From: an uncultured bacterium
GTDB lineage: Bacteria > Armatimonadota > Hebobacteria > Hebobacterales > Hebobacteraceae
Assembly (NCBI GenBank): GCA_964385645.1
Contig: CAYLPT010000070.1
Location: forward strand, 14,538 to 78,537
Direction: 5' to 3'
Length of the DNA stretch: 64,000 nucleotides
Positions 7,965-18,002 of this stretch are shown piece after piece (position 1 is the first letter of the stretch; every line of letters starts with the position of its first letter). The position numbers were made by a program, and so were the translations under genes. The notes below the pieces were generated by a model. That model ran no database searches. It saw only the letters and a list, made by a program, of their open reading frames with translations, and had not been told where the DNA came from.

Positions 7965-10001
7965 ATGGCAGAACTGGCAGAGGGGATCCGAGGCGTGGCG
8001 CGCGTGGCTCTGGCGCTCGTCGTCTGTGCCGCTCTGGGGCTGGGGGCTGGCGTTGCTTCGGCGGCAGAGGGGCAAGGGGAGACGGAGCTAGAGGTGGAGG
8101 CGCTGGCCCCCGCGGACGAGGGCGAGGTGCCTGAGATCGAGGTAGAGGTGGTGGGGAAGCGGGAAGGTCTGCTCTCCATCTCGCCGGCCCCGGGCGAGCA
8201 GGTCGTGGAGGTGACGGCGGCCGATATCGCGGACCTGGGCGCGCAGACCGTGCTGGAGGCGATCGAGCTGACGCCCTCGGTGTTCGTGCGCCACCAGGGG
8301 GCGCGCTACGAGAATCGGATCTCCATCCGGGGCATGACCCCGCGGCTGGTATTGCTAGACGGCCTGCCCGTGGCGCGGGAGGGGACCTCCGGACCCGGCG
8401 GCGGGGCGGGGGGCGCGGAGGCGGCGTTCGCCGGCCGCATCCTGTACACCATGCCGGCGGAGGTGATCGAGCGCATTGACGTCATCCGCACCGGCAACAC
8501 CATCGTGTACGGCCCCACCGCGGCCGCCGGATCGGTGATCAACATCGTCACCAGAGAACCGGCGCCGGGCGCCCGTGTTTCGGCGGCCCTGCACAAGGGC
8601 AGCTTCAGCCAGCAACGGGCCCTGGTGGACGCGGGTGTCAATGATCCGCCGCTGTCCTTCCTGGTGCTGGCCGGATCTGACTACGCCGGCTCTCACCTGC
8701 CCCTGGGCGAGAAGCGCTTCAAGGACATCTTCGGCAAGCTGGTCTACGACTACCCGGATGGTTCCCGGCTGCTGGTGGACGTCTACACCCTGGAGGGCAG
8801 GCGGCGGCTCGACCTGAGCCAGGACTTCAGCATCGTGCCGGCCCGCTACTGGGAGATCGCCCCGTGGAAGGAGCGCTTCGCCAACCTGGTCTGGAGCCAG
8901 GCGCTGAGTGAGGAGGAGACCCTCGATGTGGTCTTCTACCTGCGCAACAGGGATTTCAGCACCAACCAGTACACCGACGCCACCTTCGGCGTGGTAAGCC
9001 AGGACTGGCGGGAGGCCGAGGACGACCACGGCGTGGACCTGCGCTGGAGCGCCCGGCGCCAGGATGGCACTCTGACACGGACGGGCCTGCAGTGGTCGCA
9101 GCTCGACTCCTACACTCTTCAGCGGTGGCTGCGCGGGGCGCGGGCCGGTGAGAGAACGGAGGTCTCAGAGAAGCTCACCACCTGGAGCCTGTTCGCCAAC
9201 CACGTGGTCCCGGTGCGGGCCGACCTGAGGGCGAGCGTGGGCGCACGCTACGACAAGCTCCGGGGGCACTCGCCCGACCTGAGCCTCCAAGCTGGCGCGG
9301 AGGTTACCGTGTCGCCCCAGAGCACCTGGTACGCCAACCTGGGCACCGGGGTGGAGCGCCCGCGGCCGACGGCGAGGGACCTGGAGGAGGGGGAGATCCC
9401 CGTCGAGGCGCCCTCGCTGAGCGCGGAGACGGGCTGGACGGTGCGCCCGGACGAGCTCTCTCGGATCAACGCCGCCCTCTTCTGGGTACGGACGCGCGAC
9501 GCGCGAGTGCTCTACAACGACCCGCCCGGGTCCATCGGTCCCACCGCCTGGCGGAGCAAGGCGGAGGACCTGACGACCGCCGGGCTGGAGCTGGTCTACG
9601 ACCGCCGGCTTAGCGACCAGGTGACCGCGTTCGCGAACTACACCCACCTCGTCGAGCGCGTGTCGAACAAGAACTCCCCGCAGATCCCCGGCCCGCTGTA
9701 CCCCTACCTCCCGAAGCCGCCGCGCCACATCGTGGGCGCGGGCCTGCGGGCGGCCGTCGGCCAGGCGCGGGTGGCCCTCAACGCCAAGTATGCCAGCAGC
9801 TACTTCGCGCAGAGCCGGCTGATGAGCACTGCGGCGCCTGTGGACGCCTACCTGGTCTTCGACCTGCGGGTGACCCACCCCGTGGGCGCGGGGGAGCTGG
9901 CGGTGTCTGTGGACAACCTGCTGGATGCTGACTACGAGACGATGCCGGCCTTCCCGCGGCCGGGACGGAACTACCTGGCGAGCTATCGCTGGAGCTTCTA
10001 G
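7965..10001 (+). CDS. TonB-dependent outer-membrane receptor
   Basis: Signal peptide MAELAEGIRGVARVALALVVCAALGLGAGVASAAEG; plug-domain motifs (ISIRGMTPRLVLLDGLPV, IERIDVIRTGNTIVYGPTAAAGSVINIVT); long β-barrel ending in ...LASYRWSF (terminal aromatic). Confidence 0.85.
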   Translation: MAELAEGIRGVARVALALVVCAALGLGAGVASAAEGQGETELEVEALAPADEGEVPEIEVEVVGKREGLLSISPAPGEQVVEVTAADIADLGAQTVLEAIELTPSVFVRHQGARYENRISIRGMTPRLVLLDGLPVAREGTSGPGGGAGGAEAAFAGRILYTMPAEVIERIDVIRTGNTIVYGPTAAAGSVINIVTREPAPGARVSAALHKGSFSQQRALVDAGVNDPPLSFLVLAGSDYAGSHLPLGEKRFKDIFGKLVYDYPDGSRLLVDVYTLEGRRRLDLSQDFSIVPARYWEIAPWKERFANLVWSQALSEEETLDVVFYLRNRDFSTNQYTDATFGVVSQDWREAEDDHGVDLRWSARRQDGTLTRTGLQWSQLDSYTLQRWLRGARAGERTEVSEKLTTWSLFANHVVPVRADLRASVGARYDKLRGHSPDLSLQAGAEVTVSPQSTWYANLGTGVERPRPTARDLEEGEIPVEAPSLSAETGWTVRPDELSRINAALFWVRTRDARVLYNDPPGSIGPTAWRSKAEDLTTAGLELVYDRRLSDQVTAFANYTHLVERVSNKNSPQIPGPLYPYLPKPPRHIVGAGLRAAVGQARVALNAKYASSYFAQSRLMSTAAPVDAYLVFDLRVTHPVGAGELAVSVDNLLDADYETMPAFPRPGRNYLASYRWSF

Positions 10002-10075
10002 GCTCGCGCCAGCTTGCGGGAAGCGAGCGCCGGCCGGCCCCCCCCGGGACGGCGCGGGGGCGGGCGGGAAGGAGT

Positions 10076-10684
10076 ATGGGAAACGTGATAGAGCTCATCA
10101 GACAGGGCGGGATCTTGATGTACCCGCTGGGGCTGTGCTCGGTGCTCACGGTGGCGATCTTCCTGGAGCGGCTGTGGCGCTTCCTGCTGGCCGATCGCGA
10201 CCCGGCGCTGGTGATCGCGGAGGCCAGGCGGGCCCTCGCCGAAGGCGGCAACCCGCGCCCGAGGTGGGAGGATAGGCCTGCGCCCGCGGTTCGGGCGGCC
10301 GGCGCGGCGCTGAGCAGGGCCGGGGAGCGGAGGTCGGTGGTCGAGGACCACGTGCGCTCGACGCTCTCGAGAGAGGCTTTGCGGCTGGGCGCCAACCTGG
10401 GGATAGTGGGCACCATCGGAAACATCGCCCCCTTCATCGGGCTGCTGGGTACGGTGACCGGCATCATCCGGGCCTTCCGCGCCATCAGCGTGGTGGGCAC
10501 TGCGGGGCCGGCGGTGGTGTCGGCCGGCATCTCCGAGGCCCTGGTCACCACCGCGGCCGGGCTGTCGGTGGGCATCGTCGCGGTGGTCGCCTACAACCTC
10601 TTCGTCGTCTGGCAGGCGCGGCTCATGCGCCGGGCGGAGATCGTCGCCACGGAGGTGCTCAGCCTGGTGGCGCCGGAGGCGTGA
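10076..10684 (+). CDS. exbB: MotA/TolQ/ExbB proton-channel protein
   Basis: MYPLGLCSVLTVAIFLERLWRF and GANLGIVGTIGNIAPFIGLLGTVTGIIRAF, hallmark ExbB/TolQ TM2-TM3 motifs; sits upstream of two exbD genes and tonB. Confidence 0.88.
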   Translation: MGNVIELIRQGGILMYPLGLCSVLTVAIFLERLWRFLLADRDPALVIAEARRALAEGGNPRPRWEDRPAPAVRAAGAALSRAGERRSVVEDHVRSTLSREALRLGANLGIVGTIGNIAPFIGLLGTVTGIIRAFRAISVVGTAGPAVVSAGISEALVTTAAGLSVGIVAVVAYNLFVVWQARLMRRAEIVATEVLSLVAPEA

Positions 10685-10685
10685 G

Positions 10686-11132
10686 ATGGCCTTCGAGCAG
10701 GACGACAGCCACATCATAGGCGAGATCAACATCACGCCTCTGACCGACGTGATGCTCGTGCTGCTCATCATGTTCCTGCTCACGGCGACCTTCATACTCT
10801 CCTCGCGCGGGCTCCAGGTGGACCTGCCCGCCCCGGTGGTCGAGCATGAACCTCCGCCCGAGCCTGACCCCGCGGCGCGCATCGTCGTGCAGGTGGACCG
10901 GCAGGGGAGAGTGCACATCGGCGGGCGCCCACTGGCCGACGGCGAGCTGACTGGCGCGCTGATGGAGGAGGCCGCCCGGCGCCGCGATCGGGAGAAGATC
11001 GTGGTCGTGCGCGCCCACGCCGACGCTCCCTACGGGCGGGTAATATGGATAATGGACAGCGCCCGCCTGGTCGGGCTGCCCCGGGTGTCGCTGGCGACGC
11101 AGGAGCCTGAACCGGGGGCCGGCTCGCAGTAG
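10686..11132 (+). CDS. exbD: ExbD/TolR biopolymer transport protein (copy 1)
   Basis: INITPLTDVMLVLLIMFLLTATF N-terminal TM typical of ExbD/TolR; starts 2 nt after the exbB stop. Confidence 0.85.
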   Translation: MAFEQDDSHIIGEINITPLTDVMLVLLIMFLLTATFILSSRGLQVDLPAPVVEHEPPPEPDPAARIVVQVDRQGRVHIGGRPLADGELTGALMEEAARRRDREKIVVVRAHADAPYGRVIWIMDSARLVGLPRVSLATQEPEPGAGSQ

Positions 11133-11153
11133 CCGCCGAGCGAGGAGCCAACA

Positions 11154-11576
11154 GTGGCTGTCGGGTATCACAACGGAGGGATGATCGGGCAGATGAACAT
11201 CACCCCGCTCACGGGCGTGATGCTCATCCTGCTGATCGTGCTCATGGCCACCGCGACCATCCTCGTGCCTGAACCCTCGCCGCCGGTGGACCTGCCCGCC
11301 GCGGCCAGCAGCGAGATCATCGCCGGCGAGAGAGGCGAGATCGTGGTCGCCGTGGATCGCGACGGCGCGCTCTTCGTTGATGAGCAGCCGGTGGGAGCCG
11401 AGGAGTTCACCCGTGCGCTGCTCGACGCCTCCCGTAGGCTGGCGGCCGATCGCAAGGTGGTGCTCGTCCGCGCCGATCTCGAGGCCCCCTACGGGCGCAT
11501 CATCTGGATCATGGACAGCGCGCGGCTGGCCGGGCTTCGCCACATCGCGCTCGCCACCCGTCGCCCCGACGAGTAG
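11154..11576 (+). CDS. exbD: ExbD/TolR biopolymer transport protein (copy 2)
   Basis: MNITPLTGVMLILLIVLMATATIL; GAGGAG RBS 7 nt before a GTG start; paralogous to copy 1 (shared YGRIIWIMDSARLAGL / YGRVIWIMDSARLVGL). Confidence 0.8.
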   Translation: MAVGYHNGGMIGQMNITPLTGVMLILLIVLMATATILVPEPSPPVDLPAAASSEIIAGERGEIVVAVDRDGALFVDEQPVGAEEFTRALLDASRRLAADRKVVLVRADLEAPYGRIIWIMDSARLAGLRHIALATRRPDE

Positions 11577-11598
11577 GCACGGCCCCGACTGGAGGAGC

Positions 11599-12525
11599 AT
11601 GATGGCAACCGCCGACCTCATCCCAGAGCTCGTCCCCCGCGTCAGGTTCAACGGCCTGCTGGCGGCGGCGCTGCTCGTGTCCGCGGCCGGCCACGGGCTT
11701 GGGGTCTACGCGGCGGGGCGCTGGGGCGGCTGCGAGTGCTTCGCCCCGTATGTAGTCTGCCCCAGGGACTGCCCGGATGTGGCCGAGCGAAGCATCGAGA
11801 TCGCGCTGTCCGAGCCGCCCCCGCCGCCGGCGCCGCGGGAGCCTCAGCCCGAGCCCGAGCCCTCCGTGGCGGTCGAGCGCCCCCGGCCCGAGCGGGCCCC
11901 GGCGGCGCCTGCGGCCGGGCGCGTCGTCCTCCCGGATGAGGCCTTCCAGCGGGAGACCCGGCCGCCCGCTGACATCACCCTCGACCGGCCCGCGTTGCCC
12001 GAGGAAGTGGTCGTTCGGGAGTCGGAGGCGGAGGCCCCCGTCATCGCCACCGGCGAGATCTTCGGGCGGGCCCGCGATCTGACGGCGGGCGAGCCGGGCG
12101 TCTTCGGGCTCGGAGGCGCCGGCACTGCCACCGGCCTGGGTCCTTTTGGCGCCGACAGAGAAGGCCGGGGCGCGGCTCAGCCGGCCCCGCCCGCCCCTGT
12201 GTCCAGGCCCGAGCCCAGGCCACAGCCAGAGCCTCAGCCCCGAGGGCCCACTCGCAACCCGCAGGTAGTCAACTGGAGGGAGCCCGCCTACCCTGAGCAG
12301 GCTCGCCAGCAAGGGATCGAGGGAACTGTCATCCTGAGGCTGACGGTGGCCGCGGATGGGACGCCCCGCGACATCGAGGTCGCGCGCTCCTCCGGGCACT
12401 CGGCCCTCGACTCCGCCGCCGTGACCCACCTGCAGCGCACCCGCTTCCTGCCGGCGCTCAGGGACGGAGAGCCGGTGGACATGGCCATCACCTTTCGGGT
12501 GAGGTTCCGCCTGGTGACGGCCTGA
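11599..12525 (+). CDS. tonB: TonB-family energy transducer
   Basis: [10 protein letters not shown] then ATGATG; N-terminal TM; Pro/Glu/Ala-rich linker; C-terminal TonB domain (NWREPAYPEQARQQGIEGTVILRLTVAADGTPRDIEVARSSGHSALDSAAVTHLQRTRFLPA). The track ORF from 11377 is an upstream extension. Confidence 0.8.
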   Translation: MMATADLIPELVPRVRFNGLLAAALLVSAAGHGLGVYAAGRWGGCECFAPYVVCPRDCPDVAERSIEIALSEPPPPPAPREPQPEPEPSVAVERPRPERAPAAPAAGRVVLPDEAFQRETRPPADITLDRPALPEEVVVRESEAEAPVIATGEIFGRARDLTAGEPGVFGLGGAGTATGLGPFGADREGRGAAQPAPPAPVSRPEPRPQPEPQPRGPTRNPQVVNWREPAYPEQARQQGIEGTVILRLTVAADGTPRDIEVARSSGHSALDSAAVTHLQRTRFLPALRDGEPVDMAITFRVRFRLVTA

Positions 12526-12575
12526 GCGCGGCGGGGCAGCGAACCACATCCAGGGCAGGGAAGGAGATCCGCACG

Positions 12576-13973
12576 ATGGGCAACAGGGGTGCGCTTTCGG
12601 CCATCCTCACCGCGCTCGCGCTTGCCTGGGCGGTCTGCGGGGCGGCACAGGAGGGGCCTCGTTCGGTCCCGGTCCAGATCGCCCTGGCCGAGGCGATGGC
12701 CGAGAACGAGGACTGGGAGGAGGCGGCGCGGCGTTGGATCGGGATCATCTACTACTTCGGCCCCTCCGAGCAGGAGGCCCGCGCTGAGTTCGAGCTGGGC
12801 GCTGTGGCGCTGCCAAGGGGCCGCTCCGACCTCGCCGTCAGCCAGTGGCAGGAGGTCGTCGCCCGCCACCCCGACACCGAGTGGGCCGCCCGCGCCAGGG
12901 AGGCGCTGGCCCTCCTGGGGAAGGAGCCCCCGGAGCCCGAGGAGGCGCCCGAGCCCTACATCACCGAGGAGACTCCCGGCGACGAGCGGCAGTTCTTGAT
13001 GTCCGAGGCGGGCATGGCTCAGGGCCTGTACGCCTTCGCGCTGCGGGACTACCTCAAGGTGCCTAACCTCCATCCTGACAGCCCCCGCGCTGCCGAGGCG
13101 CGCTTCCGCGTCGGCACTTGCCAGGTGCTGCTGGGCCGGCCGGAGCTGGCCGTACGCCAGTGGCAGCGGCTGCTCGAGGAGCACCCCGACGCGCCCGAGG
13201 CGCGCCTCGCCAGAGGAGGCATCGCCGCCTGGCAGGCCCTGCTAGAGGTCGCCGGCGTGCAGGTCGGCCGCCAGCCTGGTCTGGATGGCGGCTGGACGCC
13301 CTTCCGCGCCCATGGTACGGAGCCGGACCGCGGCCTGAGCTATGCGGAGGACCTCTACGAGAACGGCATCTACGACTACGCGCTCCAGGAGTACGCCAAG
13401 GTCCTCTGCGGCATCTACACCCCGCCGGGCGAGGACAACCCGCACCTGGCCTACGCCCGCTATCGCATGGGGGTGTGCGCCTACCGGCTGCGCGATCCGG
13501 ATGGGGCCGCGCGGCAGTGGCGGCGCGTGATGGAGGACCACCCCGACAGCCCCTGGGCGCAGCAGGCCAGCCGCGCCCTGGCGGCCGTCGGCGGCAGCGA
13601 CACCCTCTCCTCAGAGGCCGGAAGGCCGGCGCTGGCTTTGCCGGAGGGGCTGGATACCCCCTTGGCCATGCGCCAACATCTGGCGCACCAGCTTGCCGAC
13701 GCCGGGCTGCCGCGGCTGGCGATCAAGGAGTACCTCAAGGTGATCAACGTGCTGACGGCCGGCCGGCCGAACCCGTATCAGGCGGAGGCGTGGTACCGGA
13801 TCGGGCAGTGCCAGCAGGCGCTGGGGCGGCCCGACCTGGCGGCGGCCGCCTGGGAGGCGGCGGTGCGGGAGCACGCGGGGACCGAGTGGGCGGAGAGGGC
13901 GGAGGCCGCGCTGGCCGCCGCGGGCCGACGGGAGGGCGTTTTCGCGCGGGGCCGGGGGGGGCCAGGAACCTGA
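12576..13973 (+). CDS. Tetratricopeptide (TPR) repeat protein with signal peptide (YbgF/TolB-associated type)
   Basis: Signal peptide MGNRGALSAILTALALAWAVCGAAQE; repeated W-x-A-x-Y-R-x-G-x-C / A-x-A-x-x-Q-W 34-residue-like repeats; follows tonB as in Bacteroidota/Gemmatimonadota-type Ton clusters. Confidence 0.7.
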   Translation: MGNRGALSAILTALALAWAVCGAAQEGPRSVPVQIALAEAMAENEDWEEAARRWIGIIYYFGPSEQEARAEFELGAVALPRGRSDLAVSQWQEVVARHPDTEWAARAREALALLGKEPPEPEEAPEPYITEETPGDERQFLMSEAGMAQGLYAFALRDYLKVPNLHPDSPRAAEARFRVGTCQVLLGRPELAVRQWQRLLEEHPDAPEARLARGGIAAWQALLEVAGVQVGRQPGLDGGWTPFRAHGTEPDRGLSYAEDLYENGIYDYALQEYAKVLCGIYTPPGEDNPHLAYARYRMGVCAYRLRDPDGAARQWRRVMEDHPDSPWAQQASRALAAVGGSDTLSSEAGRPALALPEGLDTPLAMRQHLAHQLADAGLPRLAIKEYLKVINVLTAGRPNPYQAEAWYRIGQCQQALGRPDLAAAAWEAAVREHAGTEWAERAEAALAAAGRREGVFARGRGGPGT

Positions 13974-13995
13974 GGGCTTGCGGGCCCCTCACTCT
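13969..13995. terminator. Imperfect GC hairpin between convergent genes (TPR gene and trkA); possible bidirectional terminator
   Basis: tgagggc-ttgcgg-gcccctca stem-loop in the 15-nt gap between the two stop codons. Confidence 0.3.
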
Positions 13996-14633
13996 CCGAA
14001 TTGGCTGAGGCCAGGCTCGCGGCCGAAGACGATCAGGACATCGCCCTCGCGGATCACGCTCTCGCCGGAGGGCAGCGCCTCGTAGTGGTCGCCTGATTTG
14101 ATGAGCAGCACCTGGATGCCGTAGCGGCGGGGGAGCTGGAGGTCGCGCAGGGAGCGCTGCCACCACTCCGGGGGGGCGGTGACCTCCTCGATGCTGTAGT
14201 CGCCCTCGATGTTCATGTAGTCGAGCGTGCGCGCGGTGCGACCGATCATGTGGGCCAGGCGCTTGCCCATGTGGCGCTCGGGCAGGACGATCTGGTCGGC
14301 GCCGATGCGCTCGAGGATCTTGGCCTGCTGGTCGGTGAGGGCCTTCGAGATCACGTAGCGGGCGTTGAGCTCGCGCAGGTTGAGGGTGATGAGGACGCTC
14401 TCCTCCAGGTTGGAGCCGCGCCCCACGATGCAGATGTCGAAGGAGGGGATGTCGAGGGTGTGGAGCGCCTCGATGCTGGTCGCGTCCATCTCGATGGCGC
14501 GGGCGAGGTGGGGGGCGTTGCGCTGAACGACCTCCATGTCGGTGTCCACGCCCAGCACGTCGTGGCCGAGGCGCGCGAGCTCAAGCGCCAGGCTCTCGCC
14601 GAAGTACCCCAGGCCAATGACCAGGATGTTCAT
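13989..14633 (-). CDS. trkA: K+ uptake regulatory subunit TrkA/KtrA (TrkA-N Rossmann domain + TrkA-C domain)
   Basis: MNILVIGLGYFGESLALELARLGHDVLGVD (GxGxxG NAD-binding) and a C-terminal TrkA-C-like domain; adjacent to a TrkH gene. Confidence 0.88.
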   Translation of the reverse strand: MNILVIGLGYFGESLALELARLGHDVLGVDTDMEVVQRNAPHLARAIEMDATSIEALHTLDIPSFDICIVGRGSNLEESVLITLNLRELNARYVISKALTDQQAKILERIGADQIVLPERHMGKRLAHMIGRTARTLDYMNIEGDYSIEEVTAPPEWWQRSLRDLQLPRRYGIQVLLIKSGDHYEALPSGESVIREGDVLIVFGREPGLSQFGE

Positions 14634-14651
14634 GTCACCTCTCCCCCTGTC

Positions 14652-16094
14652 TCAGCCGGCCATCACGCCCTCCTCCGGCAGGCGCCGGAGGGCGGCGGCC
14701 CTGGGCCGGGCGAAGGTGAAGGCGAAGGCCAGCGGCCCTAGCCGGCCGAGGAACATCGAGAATATGATGAGCGCGCGCGACAGTGGTGTCAAGGTGGGGG
14801 TGATGCCGCCGCTGAGCCCGACCGTGCCGAAGGCGGAGATCACCTCGAACAGGAGGTAGTTGTAGCGCAGAGCGGTCTCCGGGGTGAGGGGGAGGCGGGG
14901 CAAGGTGACCTCGATCAGCCCCACCGCCAGGCCGATGAGGAGGACCGCCAGCAGGTAGACCGCGGTGAGGGAGAGGGCGAGCCGCGACATGTCGCCGCTG
15001 ACACGCCGGCCGAAGGCCTCGATATCGCTGCGCCTGCGCAGCAAAGCGAGGACGGCGAGGAAGATGATGGCAAGGGTGGTGATCTTGATGCCCCCGGCGG
15101 TGCTGCCGGGGGCGCCCCCGAAGATCATGAGCAGCGACAGCAGCAGGAGGGTAGGTGGCGCCACCTGGCTGAGGTCCACAGGGGAGAACCCCGCGGTCCG
15201 CGGCGTGACGCTCATGAACCAGGCGTTGGCGAGCTGTGTCCGCAGGTCTGGGAGGGCCCCGAGGGTGGCCGGGTTCTCGAGCTCGAAGAGCAGGAAGAGG
15301 CCCATGCCGCCGGCGAGGAGCACCGCGGTGACGCAGAGGACCAGCTTGGCGTGCAGGGTCAGCCTGCGCACCCGGGGGAGCACGAACAGCTCCGCAAGCA
15401 CGCCGAAGCCCAGCCCGCCGAGGATGATGAGGCCGCTGGTGGCGAGCAGCAGGAAGAGGTCGGTGCGGTACTCGGGCCGGGAGAAGCCCTCGAAGCCTGG
15501 GACGAGGTCGAAGCCGGCGTTGCAGAAGGCGGAGACGGAGTTAAAGATGCCGTGGAAGACGGCCTCGCCCCTGGGCAGATGGTGCTGGATGTGGAAGCGC
15601 CGCGCGAGGGCGACCGCTCCCATCCCCTCGATGAGGAAGGTGGCGATGGCGGCATAGCGGGCCATGCTGACGGCCGACCTGAGGCTCAGCGCGCCGTGCG
15701 ACTCCTGTAGCTGGAGGCGGGCCCGCAGCCCCACCCGCAAGCCCAGCATGGTGGCGATGATGGTCGCCAGGGTCATGTAGCCCAGCCCGCCCACCTGTAT
15801 GAGCACGAGGATGACGACCTGGCCGAAGCGGGTCCAGGCGTCGGCCGTGCTGACGGTGACCAGGCCGGTTACGCAGGCGGCCGAGGTGGCGGTGAAGAGG
15901 CAGTCCAGCAGGCCGACCCTCTCGCCAGGTTGCTGGGAGATGGGCAGCGACAGCAGCGCGGTGCCCACCCCGATCAGCACCAGGAAGCTCAGCGCCACCG
16001 CCTGGATGGGGGAGAGCCGCCGCAGGAGCGCCCGGGCCAGCGAGACAGGCCGGAGCGGGCCGGACATGGATGAAGTGATCGGGACGCTGCGCAC
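14652..16094 (-). CDS. trkH: TrkH/KtrB-family K+ transporter membrane subunit
   Basis: 480-aa polytopic protein with repeated selectivity-filter-like Gly motifs (GLGYMT, GFDLV, GTVGLSGG); adjacent to trkA. Confidence 0.88.
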   Translation of the reverse strand: MRSVPITSSMSGPLRPVSLARALLRRLSPIQAVALSFLVLIGVGTALLSLPISQQPGERVGLLDCLFTATSAACVTGLVTVSTADAWTRFGQVVILVLIQVGGLGYMTLATIIATMLGLRVGLRARLQLQESHGALSLRSAVSMARYAAIATFLIEGMGAVALARRFHIQHHLPRGEAVFHGIFNSVSAFCNAGFDLVPGFEGFSRPEYRTDLFLLLATSGLIILGGLGFGVLAELFVLPRVRRLTLHAKLVLCVTAVLLAGGMGLFLLFELENPATLGALPDLRTQLANAWFMSVTPRTAGFSPVDLSQVAPPTLLLLSLLMIFGGAPGSTAGGIKITTLAIIFLAVLALLRRRSDIEAFGRRVSGDMSRLALSLTAVYLLAVLLIGLAVGLIEVTLPRLPLTPETALRYNYLLFEVISAFGTVGLSGGITPTLTPLSRALIIFSMFLGRLGPLAFAFTFARPRAAALRRLPEEGVMAG

Positions 16095-16243
16095 AGTATG
16101 GCCCTGGGCCGGGATTATACGCCTGGGCCAGGCGGTTGTAAAGCGAGGGACCGCGGCCGGTTGACGAAGCCCCGGGCCGCCTCTATAATCGGGGCGTGAA
16201 CCATCGCCCGGGCTGCTAGGAAGACTGCCCGGCGAGGAGCGGT

Positions 16244-16597
16244 ATGGCTAGTCGCACGCCGGCAGGGCGTCGCAGCTGGCGGCTCGCCCTGTTGCTGATG
16301 GCGCCGTGGGTGGCGCTGACGCTCGGCCTGGGCGGGCGGCACAACCACGCGCCGCTCGCAGGGCTCGCGCGGTGCGGCGAGACGCCGTGCCAGCTCGCCT
16401 CCGCTTCCTCTGGCTCTTGTGACAGGGCCTCGATCTGCTCGGCCTGTCTCTGGCACGCCGCCTCTGTGGGGGCGGCGGCGGCGCCGCCGGTGATCGCCAC
16501 ACCGGCGGCCGGAGAGAAGCCCCTGACCTGTGCGGGTGAGGCGCTCCCGCCGGAGCTTGCCGCGCCCGCGCGCTCGCGCGCCCCTCCCTCCTCCTGA
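16244..16597 (+). CDS. Small secreted Cys-rich protein (hypothetical; DUF2946-like position upstream of a metal-uptake operon)
   Basis: Signal-like LALLLMAPWVALTLGLGG followed by six Cys (CGETPCQ, CDRASICSAC, C-terminal C); very GC-rich, so coding status is uncertain. Confidence 0.25.
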   Translation: MASRTPAGRRSWRLALLLMAPWVALTLGLGGRHNHAPLAGLARCGETPCQLASASSGSCDRASICSACLWHAASVGAAAAPPVIATPAAGEKPLTCAGEALPPELAAPARSRAPPSS

Positions 16598-16622
16598 GCC
16601 GCGCTACACGCTACGACGTTGC

Positions 16623-16637
16623 CCTGCCCAGGGCAGG
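16623..16637. promoter_or_regulatory. 15-bp perfect palindrome cctgccc-a-gggcagg upstream of the His-rich protein / znu operon; candidate operator or RNA hairpin
   Basis: Exact 7-bp inverted repeat with 1-nt spacer, 60 nt upstream of the 16697 start codon. Confidence 0.3.
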
Positions 16638-16696
16638 CCGGCGCGGCCCTGCGCTGATCCGGCCATCACCCCCATCCCTGAAACGCTCGGGAGGCT

Positions 16697-17971
16697 ATGG
16701 TGCGTCTTGCACACTTGCGCTGGTTCGTCCCTGTGCTCTTGACGGTGCTGTGTCTGCTCAGCGGCGCGGCCTGGGCCGCGGACGAGGAGGTGCTGCGGGA
16801 GGAGCTTGAGGAGCTGCGAAGCCGGCTCTTCGCCATCCAGCAGCGCATCACCGAGCTCGAGGAGAGCCTGGAGGAGCCCGAGCCGTCGCCGGTAAGTCCC
16901 GCGGCGGCCCGGGAGATGCTGCTGCCGGACATCAGCGTCATCGGCAACGTGGTGGGCCTGGCCAGCAGCGACAAGCGCCGGCCGGGCCGCAACGAGGTGC
17001 TGCTGCGGGAGCTGGAGATCGGGCTGCAGGGCTACCTGTACCCGCAGGTCCGCGCGGACGCCTTCATCGCGCTATCCGAGATGCACGACTACAAGGCCGA
17101 GCTTGAGGAGGGTTACATCAGCTTCCTCGAGCTCAACAGCGTGCCCATCCTCAGGGGCGCGCCGGATGGGCTGAGCCTGCGCCTGGGCCGCAAGCTGCTC
17201 GACTTCGGCCGAGTCAACCCCATCCATCCCCACCATTGGGACTTCGCGAACCCGCCCGTGGTGGTGCACAACCTGCTGGGCGACCATGCGCTGATCGGCG
17301 ATGGCGCGCAGCTCGACTACCTGCTGCCCATCCCCCAGTTCGCGAACCTCCAGGTGGGAGTGTGGCGGGCTCCGCACCACCACGACCACGATGATGACGA
17401 ACACAGCGTCCATCTCGGCGCCGGCTTCGAGGATCGCCTATACACTGCCCGCCTGTGGACCTCCCGCCCGGTGGGTCCGGATGCCGAGCTGGAGCTGGGC
17501 GCGAGCGGCGCCTGGGGCCGCGGCGAGGCCGCCCTCACCCACGACCATGAGGAGGCTCACGAGGACGACGACGCCGAGGATCATGGGCGGGACCGCATCC
17601 GCCTCCACTGCCTCGACGTGACCTACCGGCGCTGGCCCGGCGGCTACCGCCGGCTGCTCCTGCGGGGCGAGGCGCTGTGGCACCGGCGGAGCAACGGCGA
17701 GGGCGACACCCGCCTCGGACACTACCTGTTCGCCAACTACCGCTGGGACCAGTACCTCGACGCCGGGCTGCTCTACAGCGCCAGCCAACGGCCATGGCCG
17801 GCCGAGGGCCGCGACGCGGCGCTATCAGCTATCGTGACCAACCGGCTGACCGAGACCACCGCGCTCCGCCTTCAGCTCGACCGGGCGCGGCGCCACGAGA
17901 CCGGCCGCGCCACCGAGCTGTGGCTCCAGGTGATCTGGGGCATAGGCCCCCACAGCCATCCCTTGGAGTGA
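16697..17971 (+). CDS. Secreted His-rich protein (N-terminal coiled coil, β-rich C-terminal part; possible metal-scavenging outer-membrane protein)
   Basis: Signal peptide MVRLAHLRWFVPVLLTVLCLLSGAAWA; coiled-coil EEVLREELEELRSRLFAIQQRITELEESLEE; His/Asp clusters HHHDHDDDEHSVH and HDHEEAHEDDDAEDHGRD; directly upstream of znuABC-like genes. Confidence 0.7.
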   Translation: MVRLAHLRWFVPVLLTVLCLLSGAAWAADEEVLREELEELRSRLFAIQQRITELEESLEEPEPSPVSPAAAREMLLPDISVIGNVVGLASSDKRRPGRNEVLLRELEIGLQGYLYPQVRADAFIALSEMHDYKAELEEGYISFLELNSVPILRGAPDGLSLRLGRKLLDFGRVNPIHPHHWDFANPPVVVHNLLGDHALIGDGAQLDYLLPIPQFANLQVGVWRAPHHHDHDDDEHSVHLGAGFEDRLYTARLWTSRPVGPDAELELGASGAWGRGEAALTHDHEEAHEDDDAEDHGRDRIRLHCLDVTYRRWPGGYRRLLLRGEALWHRRSNGEGDTRLGHYLFANYRWDQYLDAGLLYSASQRPWPAEGRDAALSAIVTNRLTETTALRLQLDRARRHETGRATELWLQVIWGIGPHSHPLE

Positions 17972-18002
17972 GCGGTTGCGCGGGAACTGAGGAGGAACGC
18001 CG

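Noticed and set aside
10686-11576. Tandem exbD genes as a possible duplication artefact
   Set aside because: The two proteins share only about 45% identity over the conserved C-terminal part and have distinct N-termini, consistent with a genuine ExbD1/ExbD2 pair as found in many non-proteobacterial Ton systems
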